This document shows positions 1 through 43,000 of a stretch of 64,000 nt of DNA, in pieces. The DNA is taken from the NCBI GenBank assembly GCA_051362555.1, contig CM120640.1:11656001-11720000 (forward strand), written 5' to 3'. Position numbers and translations under genes: made by a program. Source of the stretch: Lingula anatina (lineage: Eukaryota > Animalia > Brachiopoda). Numbering within the stretch: the first letter of the stretch is position 1; the number at the start of each line of letters is the position of its first letter. The notes below the pieces were generated by a model. That model had not been told where the DNA came from, made no database searches, and was given only the letters and a program-made list of their open reading frames with translations.

Positions 1-264
1 TAGTTGATTTCAGATCAAGTGCAAGTACTAGTCTATGAAATAAAATACTGCAATTTGAGGTGCATTGGAAAATTTGGCAATGATAAAAATTATGTTGAAG
101 GTAAATACCAATATTGGTGAAAGGGTATCAGGATGTTTTATAACCATATTACAAATGTTTGTTCTTGGGTTGAATATAGTGGCTGTGCTGTCCCCATTTG
201 TCAGTTTTCCATGATGCAAGTGAAGTATACTTTGTGTAAAGGACTATACTGAAATATTTTCCAG

Positions 265-30531
<30,267 letters not shown>

Positions 30532-32807
30532 TGCAACTCGGTCCTCTTGGTTACAATATTCTATGAAACCATCACTGTGAGAAACTTAGTGAATTGATCA
30601 TGTCTATAACAGCTGATGCATGGTAAAATAGATGCAAGAGTGGATTTGAATGAAACAGTTGTTTGATTTAGCTCTGTGAGCAATAATTAAAACTGTTTTG
30701 TCTGAAGTGCAGATTCATCACCTTCATTCGCCTTCAAAGCTTGTGACATCAGATATTTTTGTGCCTTAAGTATCAACATTTTAGAAGAACAGTAAAGGAG
30801 AGGAAAAGATTTTAAAGATTTTATTGGTCAATTACCATATTGAATTTATAAGTTTGCCAAGATATTGCAGGATGCTGTCTTTGAAGTCACTGTACATTTG
30901 CCAGTGCACTACACAAAGGTGTAAAGCATCTGCTGTTAAACATTATTTTATACAATATAACATAGTCAGTTTTTGTATTGTTATAAAAAGATGAATGAAT
31001 TGCATAGAACATTATCTTTTATTTCAAATTTAGTTGTGCAATATTTATGACAGAGTTTATATGTTGTGTATATATTATAATATATATATGTATATTTTTA
31101 ACCCTGGCATCCACCTTGCATGGCAGTAGATGTTGGTGCTTTCAAGTAGAATGGTGCTTTTATCCCTTGACCAATATACCAGTACTTCTTCACAGTTTAT
31201 TTTTAATCAGGCAGATTTATGCTTGTGAGAAACAGTATGTTCACCATCCCCTGCTGTTGCCATTTTGTCTCTTAAATCCACTTGTTAAGTTCAGACACCT
31301 TTTTAACTTCATTTCAACTGACACACTCTGCTAAGGATAAACTATTTTCATTTATTGTAATGGTATACTATAATTTCATGTAATAAAATGGAGTTTATAA
31401 TGTGCTGGTAAAACATCAAGCCAAATATTTTGAATATGGAGAGCATTAACTTTGCCATATTTGAACAAGTTGTGATGTATTTCCCCCCTTACTTGAACTT
31501 CTTTATTCCCTAAACACCTTTGCTTCTCCCTTTACTTTTTTGTATATATTTATAATTAATTTTTCCTGTAAGTTAGGTTATAGTCAGTAGGGAATTATTT
31601 GCCATATTACTGATCATTATTTTCTACTAATTAAATCTAGTCTGAAAATGACTGCTCTTTTAATGAGAAAATATCCATTGAATACATTTCAACTAAAATA
31701 AGGATTTTAAAATTAAATTGTTTTAAGTAAGCGATATTGTATTGTTTACAACAATTCATTTTAGCTTGGTTGTGATATATCTACTCTTTAGCTACACTAA
31801 AGCATTTAAGTTCTTTTCAGATCATTAAGGTGTTTTTTTTCCTCTGGTCATTTCTGTTATTGCTATAAATAAAATGTCTGTTTTAATATAACTCTCTGTT
31901 TTAATAACATATCGTACTAGTATATATCAAAACTGATCCAGTGTCTTCGTGTAAATATAACCATCACCATCTGTTGTTGTTTCTGCTGTGCACCAGTAAC
32001 ACTATAAATGGACAACTGTGTGCCTTTTTTCCTCAGATTTACTGGATTGATTCATTTAATTGAAATACAGGTCAATTTCGAATAGCACTTTTTGCCCTCG
32101 TTTTATTGTGCATGTAGTTTCATTATCTGAATGTTCACAGTAATAGGCCTAACAGAACCTGTTGGACCCTTTTTCAAAAGGTTTTACTATTTTCCCATCT
32201 TTGCCCAGCATGTTTAGAAAATTACTTGCTCAATATCTCACTAATCGAAATGATTACTGGAAAAGTTACTATAGAAATCAAAGTGACAGTGATATGTGAT
32301 GATTTCAAATATCAGAAATGTGCTCTTGGACTTTACCTTTCGTGTTATTTCAAAGTTAACCAGGCCAAAATTTTATTTAAAAATTAATTTGCTATGCAAA
32401 GATATTTGTTTATGCCGATTTTAAGAATATACAAAGTCTTATGCTACCAAATTAAGCTGAGGTATTACAATTGGGTACGTTTCTCTTTCATCCTCTTGAA
32501 TAGGAATCAACCAGCTCATTTTCACTAGAGTAGCAGCAACCAGTATTATATGCTGAATATATAGACTTTCTCCAATATTGAATAGTTTACTAGCTTGCGT
32601 CATTAACAGTTTTATTGATGCTGTGCTCGCGGCTGCTGATATGTTAATATCAATGTTAAAACTGCATTCGTGCCCATAAAATTCAGTTTTACGCAATCAT
32701 CCTTTAAGAGGCCTAGTTCCACCTCGTACATTAGTGTATATGCGAGCAATGTGGTAAGTTGTGACGATTTAGTGCTTTTATCTAGCAAAGTAATAACGCG
32801 ATTCACT

Positions 32808-34056
32808 ATGAAATCTCGAACAGACAGAATTGGAATCATTAAGTATACTGGTAGTAAACGGCTGGGCAAAAAGCTGAGCTTCTTTTTTACCGCACTTGTT
32901 TTAAGCGTGGTATGGTACGTTCTTCTAAGTCCATCTCACAGGAAGATGAGCATACCCTACCGCGGCCATGACTCTGGCCGAATGGCTTTACCCCCACAAA
33001 ATGGAACTATTACGTCATCTTTCGCAACTTTGAAGTTTGCATCATCAGCAACAGCTAGTCCTACTGAGAAGAACGCAAATTCTAGAACATTCACAATCGA
33101 GAACGGGACGTTTGCCTCTGAAGGGACCGCCAAAATACCTACGTCAACAGCGACCACCAGAAACCCAACGTCTACACCGCGCGTCAGATCTCTCGCGCAT
33201 AGACTCGACACAGCTGTCTACACCCCCTATGAAGCCAGTCCAAGGTTGGATAGAAGATGTGAAGCAATACCAGCTGGTCTTGGTGAGCCATCCTGCCTCT
33301 TAACAGGTTCTCGGCATCAAAGGAGATGAAACATGCAAAGATAAATATCTAACATAGTCGGTAAACTTGTGTAAAAGGCAAATAATGGCCACGAAATTCA
33401 AACTGTTATTTTAACATACGTTTTTCAATGAGTTCTTGAAGTGAAGGTTATTCAATAGTATTTTAATACTATTAAAATAAGTAATGTTCATCAGGTATGT
33501 TGATGATATTATTTCAACTAGGCATTCTAAACCCTGGCTATTGTATAGAGTTCCCGTTTGAACACTTTTGCAATATAATAATAATAATAAATAAATAAAT
33601 AATTTTTAAACATAATTTTTACTTTTTGGAAAAGTAAGCCGAAGGAAGCTCAATCTTAAACCATTATCTTGGGAAGACCTGGAAAACAAATTTCGCTGCC
33701 TTGGTGTAATTGCCGGAGGACGATGGAAGCCCCCTGACTGCGTTCCCCAAACTCACGTGGCCGTCATCATTCCATTCAGAGACAGGGAAGAACATCTGAG
33801 GATATTTCTGAACAACATGCATCCAATGTTACAGAAGCAGAAATTGCATTACGGAATATACGTAGTAGACCAGGTAGGTGGCAAATCGTATCATAAAGTA
33901 CCACACAACTTGGAATTTGTATGAACCAAAGGAATCGTTTAATTTTGCATACTACCACCATAAATTACATCAAAAGTGTTTTCCGAGTGAGTGTTCAGGT
34001 CACAATACAGTGGTCATACGTTTTTATCACTATGATAATAATAATAATGATAATAC

Positions 34057-34096
<40 letters not shown>

Positions 34097-37000
34097 AGCA
34101 CGTAAGGACTCTTTTCAATCGCGCCATGCTGATGAATATAGGGTTTGTGGAAGCTGGAAAAATAGAGGATTATGACTGCTTTATTTTCCATGATGTGGAC
34201 CTTATAGCTGAAAACGAATTAAATATGTACAATTGCACGGAGAAACCAACGCACATGTCAGTTGCAATAGACAAGTATAATTATAGGTAGGCTATTGTAG
34301 TATTGTCGAATTGCCACCTTTATTTATACTGTATCAATATTTAACCCTCTTGAGAATAAAGATGTTTAAAAAAAATTGTAGTTCCACTGCATAACGGTTA
34401 TGAAGATTAGTAACAGCCATAAAACGGTCAAATAATGTAGCAAGTGCCTTAGCAAAAAAGCTTGATTCATCTCTCTATGGGCCTTTCAATTTGGTGACAG
34501 GTTCCTATTATGAAAACATGTATATTCACATACATTTTACGAAGTTAAAAGACAGGTTTCCTACCCGGTTACTATTTTTTGTATTTTGCCATTGACTGAC
34601 ACTTTGCCGTGTGTGAGGCCATTTCTCATAGTTAAATAGCAACTTTTGATAACTTGACTTTATCAATTTCCAGGACTTGATCAATATATTAAACAACCGT
34701 TTGTAGTCATAAGTCTTCACAATTTATTAAGGTATTTTTACCAAGTTCATGCATTTGATTTTCTTCAGACCCGTTTATCCAAACCAGTTTGGAGGTGTGA
34801 CTTCGCTGACCAAAAAGCATATGCGCCTAGTTAATGGCTTTCCCAATGTTTACTTCGGTTGGGGTGCGGAGGATGATGACATGTCATTTCGGTAATAACA
34901 ATTTTTCTATTAGGATTTTAAGTTTGCCTTGATCCCTTTGTCTGCTTTCGGTGCCATTTGATAGATAACAAAAAAAAAAAAAAAAAAAAAAAAGCAATCG
35001 GAGAGCGCAGATAGCCAAGAGAGCTCAATTCTTCTTATTGTTAACTATTTATCAATGGAGTAATTTATTAATTAATTAACTCAGTTCTTATTATAAGTAA
35101 ATAAATTACATTATTAATTGATTGGTATAATTGTCATTATCAATTAAAGGATTTATCATCATTTTAAATCTAGGCTATTTCTGACCTATCAAAACTTCAT
35201 CAAAATCTCTCCATAACTTTTCGCATAATATTGCTAAGAGACAAAGAGACTTTATTATGTACAGACACAGATGTGTCTGTACATATAGCCATCATCTGCG
35301 TCTGTCGTCGCCGTCGTCGCTGTCGTCGCCGTCGTCGCCGTCGCCGTGCACTTTTACCGATAACACGATAAGTGGAAAACCATTTTGCCTTTTGATTTGA
35401 AACTTGCAGAACTGATGAATATTCATAATGCGCAGGTCAAGTTCGAAAATCAGCATGATCGGGTCACTCTTAGGGAATTTATGCTGTTTTTTCACTTTTT
35501 TCAACATATATGCAGCACCGATAACAAGATAAGTGGAAAACCATTGTACCTTTTGACTTGAAACTTACAGAACTGATGAATATTCATAATATGCAGGTCA
35601 AGTTCGAAAATCGGCATGATTGGGCCATTTTTAGGGAATTTATGCTGTTTTTTCACTTTTTCAGCATATATGCAGCACTGATAACACAGTAAGTGGAAAA
35701 CCATTTTACCTTTTGGCTTGAAACTTACAGAACTGATGAAAATTCTTAATACACAGGTCAAGTTCGAAAATCAGCATGATTGGGCCATTTTTAGGGAATT
35801 TATGCTGTTTTTTCACTTTTCAATATAAATGCAACACTGATAACACAATATAAGAAAAACGGATTGGCCAATTGGCATTATATTCACAGGAGTGGTCAAT
35901 CTTACTAAAATGCAGGTTGAGTTCGAAAATCAGCATAATCGGGCCATTATTTTAGAAGTTATACTGTTTTTTCACATTTCCTCAGATTCAATTATTAGGC
36001 ATGTTAACAGTCTCATTATTGAACTTATTAGATGCGTAAAAGTGTTTGTTTGATATTTCCTGCATCTTTACAACATTGTTAGTTGATTATGTAAAAAAAC
36101 ATGGTAAACTTATTATCATGTATTGTATAATAAAGTGTCAAAAATGGAAATAAACTCATATCATTGCAGTTTGTCAGATTCAATCATCCACTATGTTCAG
36201 AATCTCAGAATGGAGGAAATTGGACATTTAACACTGTTCTATTGATACTTTTCCCATCTCATCAATTTTCTTAGTTGGTCATATAAAAATGGCAGTAAAA
36301 TGTTTATTTTGTTTTATGTTAAAAAAGTGTTAAAAATGGAAATAAACCCATTTCAGGACAGTGCTGTCTTGTTTACATTTTGGCATTTTCAAGATGTGAC
36401 TTTGAAGTTCCATGGGCCTGAAGACCTTTGCTTGTCATGTTTTCTGAATGTCCATGTTACTAATATTTTATTAATAACATTTGATGGTTATTATGCTGTT
36501 AAACATTATGTAACGTTGCATCAAAATTTGAAGAAACCCCTATTTAGGGCACTGCTCCTATGATGACCATTTAAGGGAAAACATGTCACTTGCTGTTCTC
36601 AAACTTACAAGAAAGAAACATGGGTCTAACATACAGCCTCAGTAGGCAATGCAGTCTGTTTAGTATATTTTTCTGGCAATTTAACAGTTTTTTGTGAAAA
36701 TTTAATTTTGCACTTATTGACATTTTCAAGGTGCGACTTAGAACCTCCACGGGCTTGAAGACCCTTGATAGTCACATTTTCTGAAAATCCATGACACGTA
36801 TATTTTATCATTTAAAATTGATGGTCATTATGCTGTTAAGCATTATGTAATGTTGCATCAAAATAGAAGAAAACACAATATTTTTTTTTTTTTTTTATTT
36901 TTTTTTTTTTTTATTATGGAAAAAAAAATAATAATAAGTAAATAAATAAACACAAATAGAGTATATATATATATGTTCCTTTCATACACGCACACATACC

Positions 37001-40000
37001 CACGTACGCACAACACTCATACTTGGTCACTGCTAATATGTATATTATCCTTGCATTACACAGTTGTGTTTACAAAAATAGACTAATTAGTTGTCTGTCC
37101 ATTTCACTCAAATATAGTAACTTCATCTCTAAGTGCCTGCTGATTAACAAAACAAAATTAAATAAAATATAATAGAAAACTTAAACCCAAAAGATAAAGA
37201 AAGGGATGCTACTGCTATTCCCCTTCAACAAAAAGTGGTAACCATTGTGCCCATTGTTTAACAAAGTTGTCATATGTGCAAGATCCATGACGCAAAGCAA
37301 TATTTTTTTCAACATGATACATAAATTTTATGTAACCCAAAAGACCTTGAAAGCTTGGGGTCTTTTTTTGTTTCAGGCACTTGTAAATATATAGTTTTCC
37401 AAACATAATAAGTAAATTAAAAATTTTACTTTCCGTTGTGCATTTTATTCCAAACAAGATTTTATAGTCATCGAGATCCAAATTGACATTAGTTTTTTCG
37501 AGTATATGGTCTTGAAACTTATTCCAAAGAGGACGCACACTATTACACTGTATAAACACATGAAGGAGATCTTCACGGTCTCTTTTACAAAAGCCACATA
37601 TGTCATTATCCTGAATGCCAATCTTTTTCAAATAAGCACCCAAAGGGAGTATCCTATGTATTATTCTAAACTGAAGCCATTGTAACGTTGTATCTCGAGA
37701 AGTTCCAAAACAAGTCTCAAAAATTTCTTCCGTTTTTAAGCGAGCGTCCCCGTTATTGAATAGTTTTTGGTTCCATGTACAGACACCAGTGGGAATAATA
37801 TTTTTCTTATTTAGGACATTATATACATATCTGTTTCCTTTTTCATTTAGCATAAGCCCCTTGAAATGAAACGGGTAGTAAGGGGTGACTGTAATAGCCA
37901 CCTTTTCCTTATCAAATTGTCTTAGAAAAACCTTAACTGCACTGTACATGCTATTAAACTGCATAGTTTGGACTCTCAAATTGAATTTTTGTTCAAGCAC
38001 ATTCTTTTTCATTAAATTTCCCTGATTGTCCAACATATCTCCAAGAACTTTTATTCCTTGTTTGTACCAGGAAGGGATAAACACCGAAGCGTTGTTAATC
38101 TTAATTTCAGTATTATACCAAAGAGGTATTGCGCCTGGGTCACTTGCCCATTCCCTTAACATTTGGACTTTCATAAAGTAAGCCCAAGCTATCAGAGTAT
38201 CCTGCCAAAATTTGTTTTGGATACGTTCTGCTAACTTCCTGACATAATCATCACCAAAGTCGAGCAGGTTCTGGATTAACTTTTTTCCTAATATGGATTC
38301 TAGTATATTAGTCCAAATCTGTTTCCTAGAAATTAGTCTTTTCAACCAAGAACATTTTAATGATGTAATAAAACATTTTATGTCAATCATTTTAAGGCCA
38401 CCAGCGTTGTGATTTTGAGAGGCTACGTCCCTTTTAATTCTATCACATTTTGACCCCCATACAAAATTATAAAACTCAGTCTCAAGCGATTTAATAAATC
38501 CGTTGTTTGGGTTGGGTAGGGAGATAAATAGATGGGTAAGTTTGGAAATTAATAACGATTTTACAATCGTGGTTTTACCTATTGGGCTAAGGATGCGTTT
38601 TTTCCATTGTTTAATCTGACTTTGTACTTTTGTCATTTGCTTTTGATAATTCAGATCAATCATGTCACTTAACTCTACTGAAAAAGTTATGCCTAACAGC
38701 TCAAATATTTGTACCCCCCAATAAAGTTTCCATCTGGAATGATGGTACACATCTTTACTATATTTTTTGGAACCTATCCATATTACTTTAGTTTTTGAGG
38801 CATTGATGTGTAGTCCAGATAATTTTGCAAAGTATTCAAGGGTTTCCAGGGAATTGAATAAAGATTCTTTCGATCCATCTAATGTAAGTGAAGTGTCATC
38901 TGCATATTGTAAAATCTTATTCTCGATTCCATTAATTGTTATTCCTTTTATAGATGTGTTGCTCTTTATCAGTATTGACAGCATTTCAGCACTCAATATA
39001 AATAAATAAGGGGCTACTGGGTCACCTTGTCGACAACCTCTTTGGATAGAAAACGGTTTCGACAGGAAACCACATTGTAGAACGGATGCTGTAATGTTAG
39101 TGTTTAGTATGTTTACCCATGTTATTAGATTTCTGCCAAAGCCGAAGATGTTAAGAGCTTTATAGATGAAGGACCAAGCTAAGGAATCAAAAGCTTTTTC
39201 GAAGTCAATCAACATTAGAAGGCCAGGAATCTGTCTATTCTCAGTATAGTCCATCAGATCATATATTGCTCGTATGTTATCACCCAAGTATCTACCGGGT
39301 ATGAAACCCGACTGCGATGGAGGTATGAGAGAATTCAGAGTGCGTTTTATTCGTCCACAGATACATCCAGAAATAATCTTATAAAATACATTCAGGAGTG
39401 TAATCGGCCTCCAGTTTTTCATGTCTTTTCTTGATTTTTCTCCTTTTGGGAGACATACAATGATTCCGAGTCTTTGTGAGATAGGCAACATTTTTTTAAA
39501 AAAAATATCATTTATAGCTCTTCTGATAAAGTACTTGAGATCATTCCAAAAAAATTTGTAGAACTCGGCTGAAAAGCCATCACTTCCTGGGGACTTGTTA
39601 TTCTTCATTGATTTAATAACACTTAGGATTTCAGTTAATGTAAATTCTTGATCTAATTCGTGAGCAGTAACATTGTCCAATTTATTAAAGGAATACGGTT
39701 CTAGTACATTACTGAGGTCTACGTCATCTATTTCATTTTCTTTGCTTGAATACAAATTTTCATAGAAAAGCTTCACCTCCTTAAGGATTTCTGACTGTTC
39801 GTAGACTGTTCCTTTTCCATCTATATCTAGCACCTGAATAGTTTTATTCAGAAAGTTTCTGGACTCTAAACCACAAAAATATTGCGTCGGTTTCTCCCCC
39901 TCGTCAACCCATTGTGCGCGTGATCTTATCATGCTTCCCCGTAGTTTCTCTTTCCTTAATGTTTCTAGTGATTGTATTTTTTCTTCCAAGATGCCATTAT

Positions 40001-43000
40001 GTACTAAATTTCCTGCGTCATTGTCATCTTTAAGTTTTTGTATCTCATCAATAAGTTCCTTTTCCTTCTTATTCTTATCTTTTTTCTTAGCACTAGCATG
40101 TGATATAGTTACCCCCCTTATTTCCATTAGTAGTACTTCCAAAAATAGGCTATCGGATATGGATAATTGCAGGTCTTCTTCTGGAATACAATCAATTATG
40201 GATACTTTATACAAGATATTGGCATATTGATTTTTTATTCTTTTAATGGTTAGTTTTACTTTGTCAACAAACTCTCTGTCGGTTAGAAGAGAACAATTGA
40301 ATTTCCACAGACCGGGTCCCCTAACGAAATCATTAAATTTTAATTCTAAGACAACTGACGAGTGATCTGATTTGTAACCCGCTTTAATTGAGATATCCGT
40401 GACAAGATTTGAGAGGTTATTTGATATTAGTATATAATCAAGCCTACCATGTTTAACTGGGTTCTTTTTGTGCCATGTGTATGCTCTTTTGGAAGGATTT
40501 ATAACTCTGTAGTAATCTACCAGATCCAATTCATCCATAGTTTCAATTAATTTTTTTCTAGCTCTTGGGTTATTATTCCTATTGTAATTAAAAGTATCTA
40601 AAATTGGATCCATTGCGATATTAAGGTCTCCACACACTATAATGTTTGTATTTGCAAATTCAAGTATGGATTCCCTAACCTTATCAAAGAATTCTGGATA
40701 ATCCTCATTTGGACCATAAATGTTTAATAGCGTGACTCGACAGTCATTAATAGTTAAGTCTACAACGAGTAAGTTACCTTTATCATCTTGTGTTTTTTTA
40801 TGCACAACTAACTCAAAATTGTTGTTAAAAAGAATTGCAACTCCCCTACAATTTGAGCGGTATGAATTAAAGATACAAGTATAGCCCCATTGTGTTTCAA
40901 TATAGGGCTCTAGCTTTGTTGTGAAGTGCGTATCCTGAAGACATATCACTGAATATTTTCTCCCTTTATAATAATTCAGAACGTCTTTTCTCTTCTCTGG
41001 GTTACCTAGTCCTTGACAATTTACTGTGGCGATTTTAATCATTTGGAGTGGAAGGAAAAAATATAAGAAGCTGATTTTCTAACCTAACCTGTGGCTTTCC
41101 ACTTATCATGTTGTCCTTGAAAGTCACGGTGTTACCAATGACGACGGCAGACACAAATAACAGTTATAGTATGTGCAGACACATCTGTGTCTGTACAAAG
41201 AACAGCAAGTGTAATGCAGGAGCCACACACACCAAAAGTTATACACATGTTCTCCTCCCACACAGACAACATCCATCCTCGCGATCTCATTCACACTAGT
41301 ACTTCCTATTTCTATAGTCTTAAGTAGCTTGTCTTTCCTCAGGTATTCACACACATCATCCACGGATTCACTGACAAAAGATTTCCACACTGATGCGCTG
41401 AGAACAACTGATGCGCAGAGAGCAATATACATGAATAGAATTTCATAATTGTGTGCTCTTGTGCCAAGCATTTACTCTCTAATAATACCACTTCGGCAAA
41501 CATTTAGTCTATGTGATTAGACATGAAGCACACCTTTTCTCTGTATTTGTCGTGGATGTAGAAAACATTATAATAGCAATAAGGATAATACTAAAGATAA
41601 TTGGAAATAAAACAGAATTCCTTATTTACATCCTATATGCCTAATTACCACTTTTTACGTTACATGTATGATTTCTATGTATTAAATCTACAGAGATCCT
41701 AATTATATATTACTTTTTTTGCACTATTCTGTACAAATTAAGACATGAGATGTATCGTTTCAATCAATTTTGCTTGCATCAACATTATAGTGTTAAGGTT
41801 TTAGTGACGAATTTTTGTTCCAATGTCGTCCCCGATGTCGAATTTTTTCTTGCCTTCCTTGCCGTTAATCTTGGCATATATACTGCCATTAAAATACCAC
41901 GCACTTTCACATTCCGGATGGTCATTCAGCAATTTAAGTAGATCCTTGTTTTCTTTTGTAACATCGTCTGCTAGCCTCAGGGCTCTGTCGGACCTTTTTA
42001 GCACACCCCTTTTGCGCATGATACGGGATTTTATCTCTGTGTTTTTTAACTTTAAGATGATCGGCCTGGGTTCCCCTGGTTTGCCGGGAATCCTGTGCAC
42101 TGCCACAATATCATCGCCTTTCACCTCTTCCTGTATCTTCTCTTTTAATGTTTTAATTACTAGGGCAGAAGTTGTCTGATCGCCCGATTCAGACTCCGGG
42201 ATGCCATATATTTTTACATTGTTTTTTCGGCTGTATTGTTCATTATGGTTGGCTTTTATCATTGCCGACGAAGCTACCTTGGCTGCCTCTTTCATCGCTC
42301 TGTTCATTTTGTCGATGCGTTGGTCATTTTCTCGTAATGTTTGTCTCAATATTTGGTGCTGCTGCCATGATGACCATTATGGGAAAACGGTGTTACTTAT
42401 TACTGTCAAACTTTCAAAAAAGAAACACAGGACTAAAATGCAGCCCGAGTTGGAAAAGCAGTCTAATTGGCTTCTTTTTCTGGAAGTTATACACTTAGTG
42501 AAATATTCATTATCTTTTTGGCATATTCATTGTGGGACTCAGAGCTCCCATGGACATGAAGCCTAATGGTAATCAAATTTTCTACATGTCCATCCTATTT
42601 ATAGTCAATAATCAAAAATTGGTGATAATTATTCTATAATTTATTATGTAATGTTACATCAAAATTGACAATAATCTTTTTGCACTGCTACTGCAAACAT
42701 TATGAAAAGAAAACTGTGTTACTTATTATTATATTTAACTTATAAGTACGATTTTTAGGATTGGCATGCAGTTCAAATTAGAAAGCCAGGTCAATTGGGT
42801 CATCATTTTTATTAAATTTATGCATTTTTTGTGAAATTTTCATTTTTCTCATTCTGGCACTTTCTAATTGAAAACTTGAACTCTGATGGGCCTGGAGCCT
42901 TATGCTTTTACTTTCATCAGCGTTACCTGTTGTGCATAATTAAAATTTTATGTTGACTGTGCAGTTAAACATAATGTATTATTGCATCAGAATTGGGCAG

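Larger units (their letters stand above)
36884..42346 (-). mobile_element. L1-group (Tx1-like) non-LTR retrotransposon, 5'-truncated, recent insertion
   Basis: Poly(A) tail (T-run 36881-36912) with AATAAA directly before it on the element strand; 8-bp TSD CAATATTT at 36876-36883 and 42347-42354; empty site visible in HINE copy 2 near 59005-59030; intact ORF2 and partial ORF1. Confidence 0.93.

Noticed and set aside
33358-33374. Alternative acceptor giving VGKLV*, resembling the GT7 stem consensus
   Set aside because: Stops after five codons; the 33635 acceptor gives the continuous frame.
35359-35985. Regularly spaced repeats resembling a CRISPR array
   Set aside because: Whole 160-bp units are homologous with no unique spacers; eukaryotic context and no cas genes.
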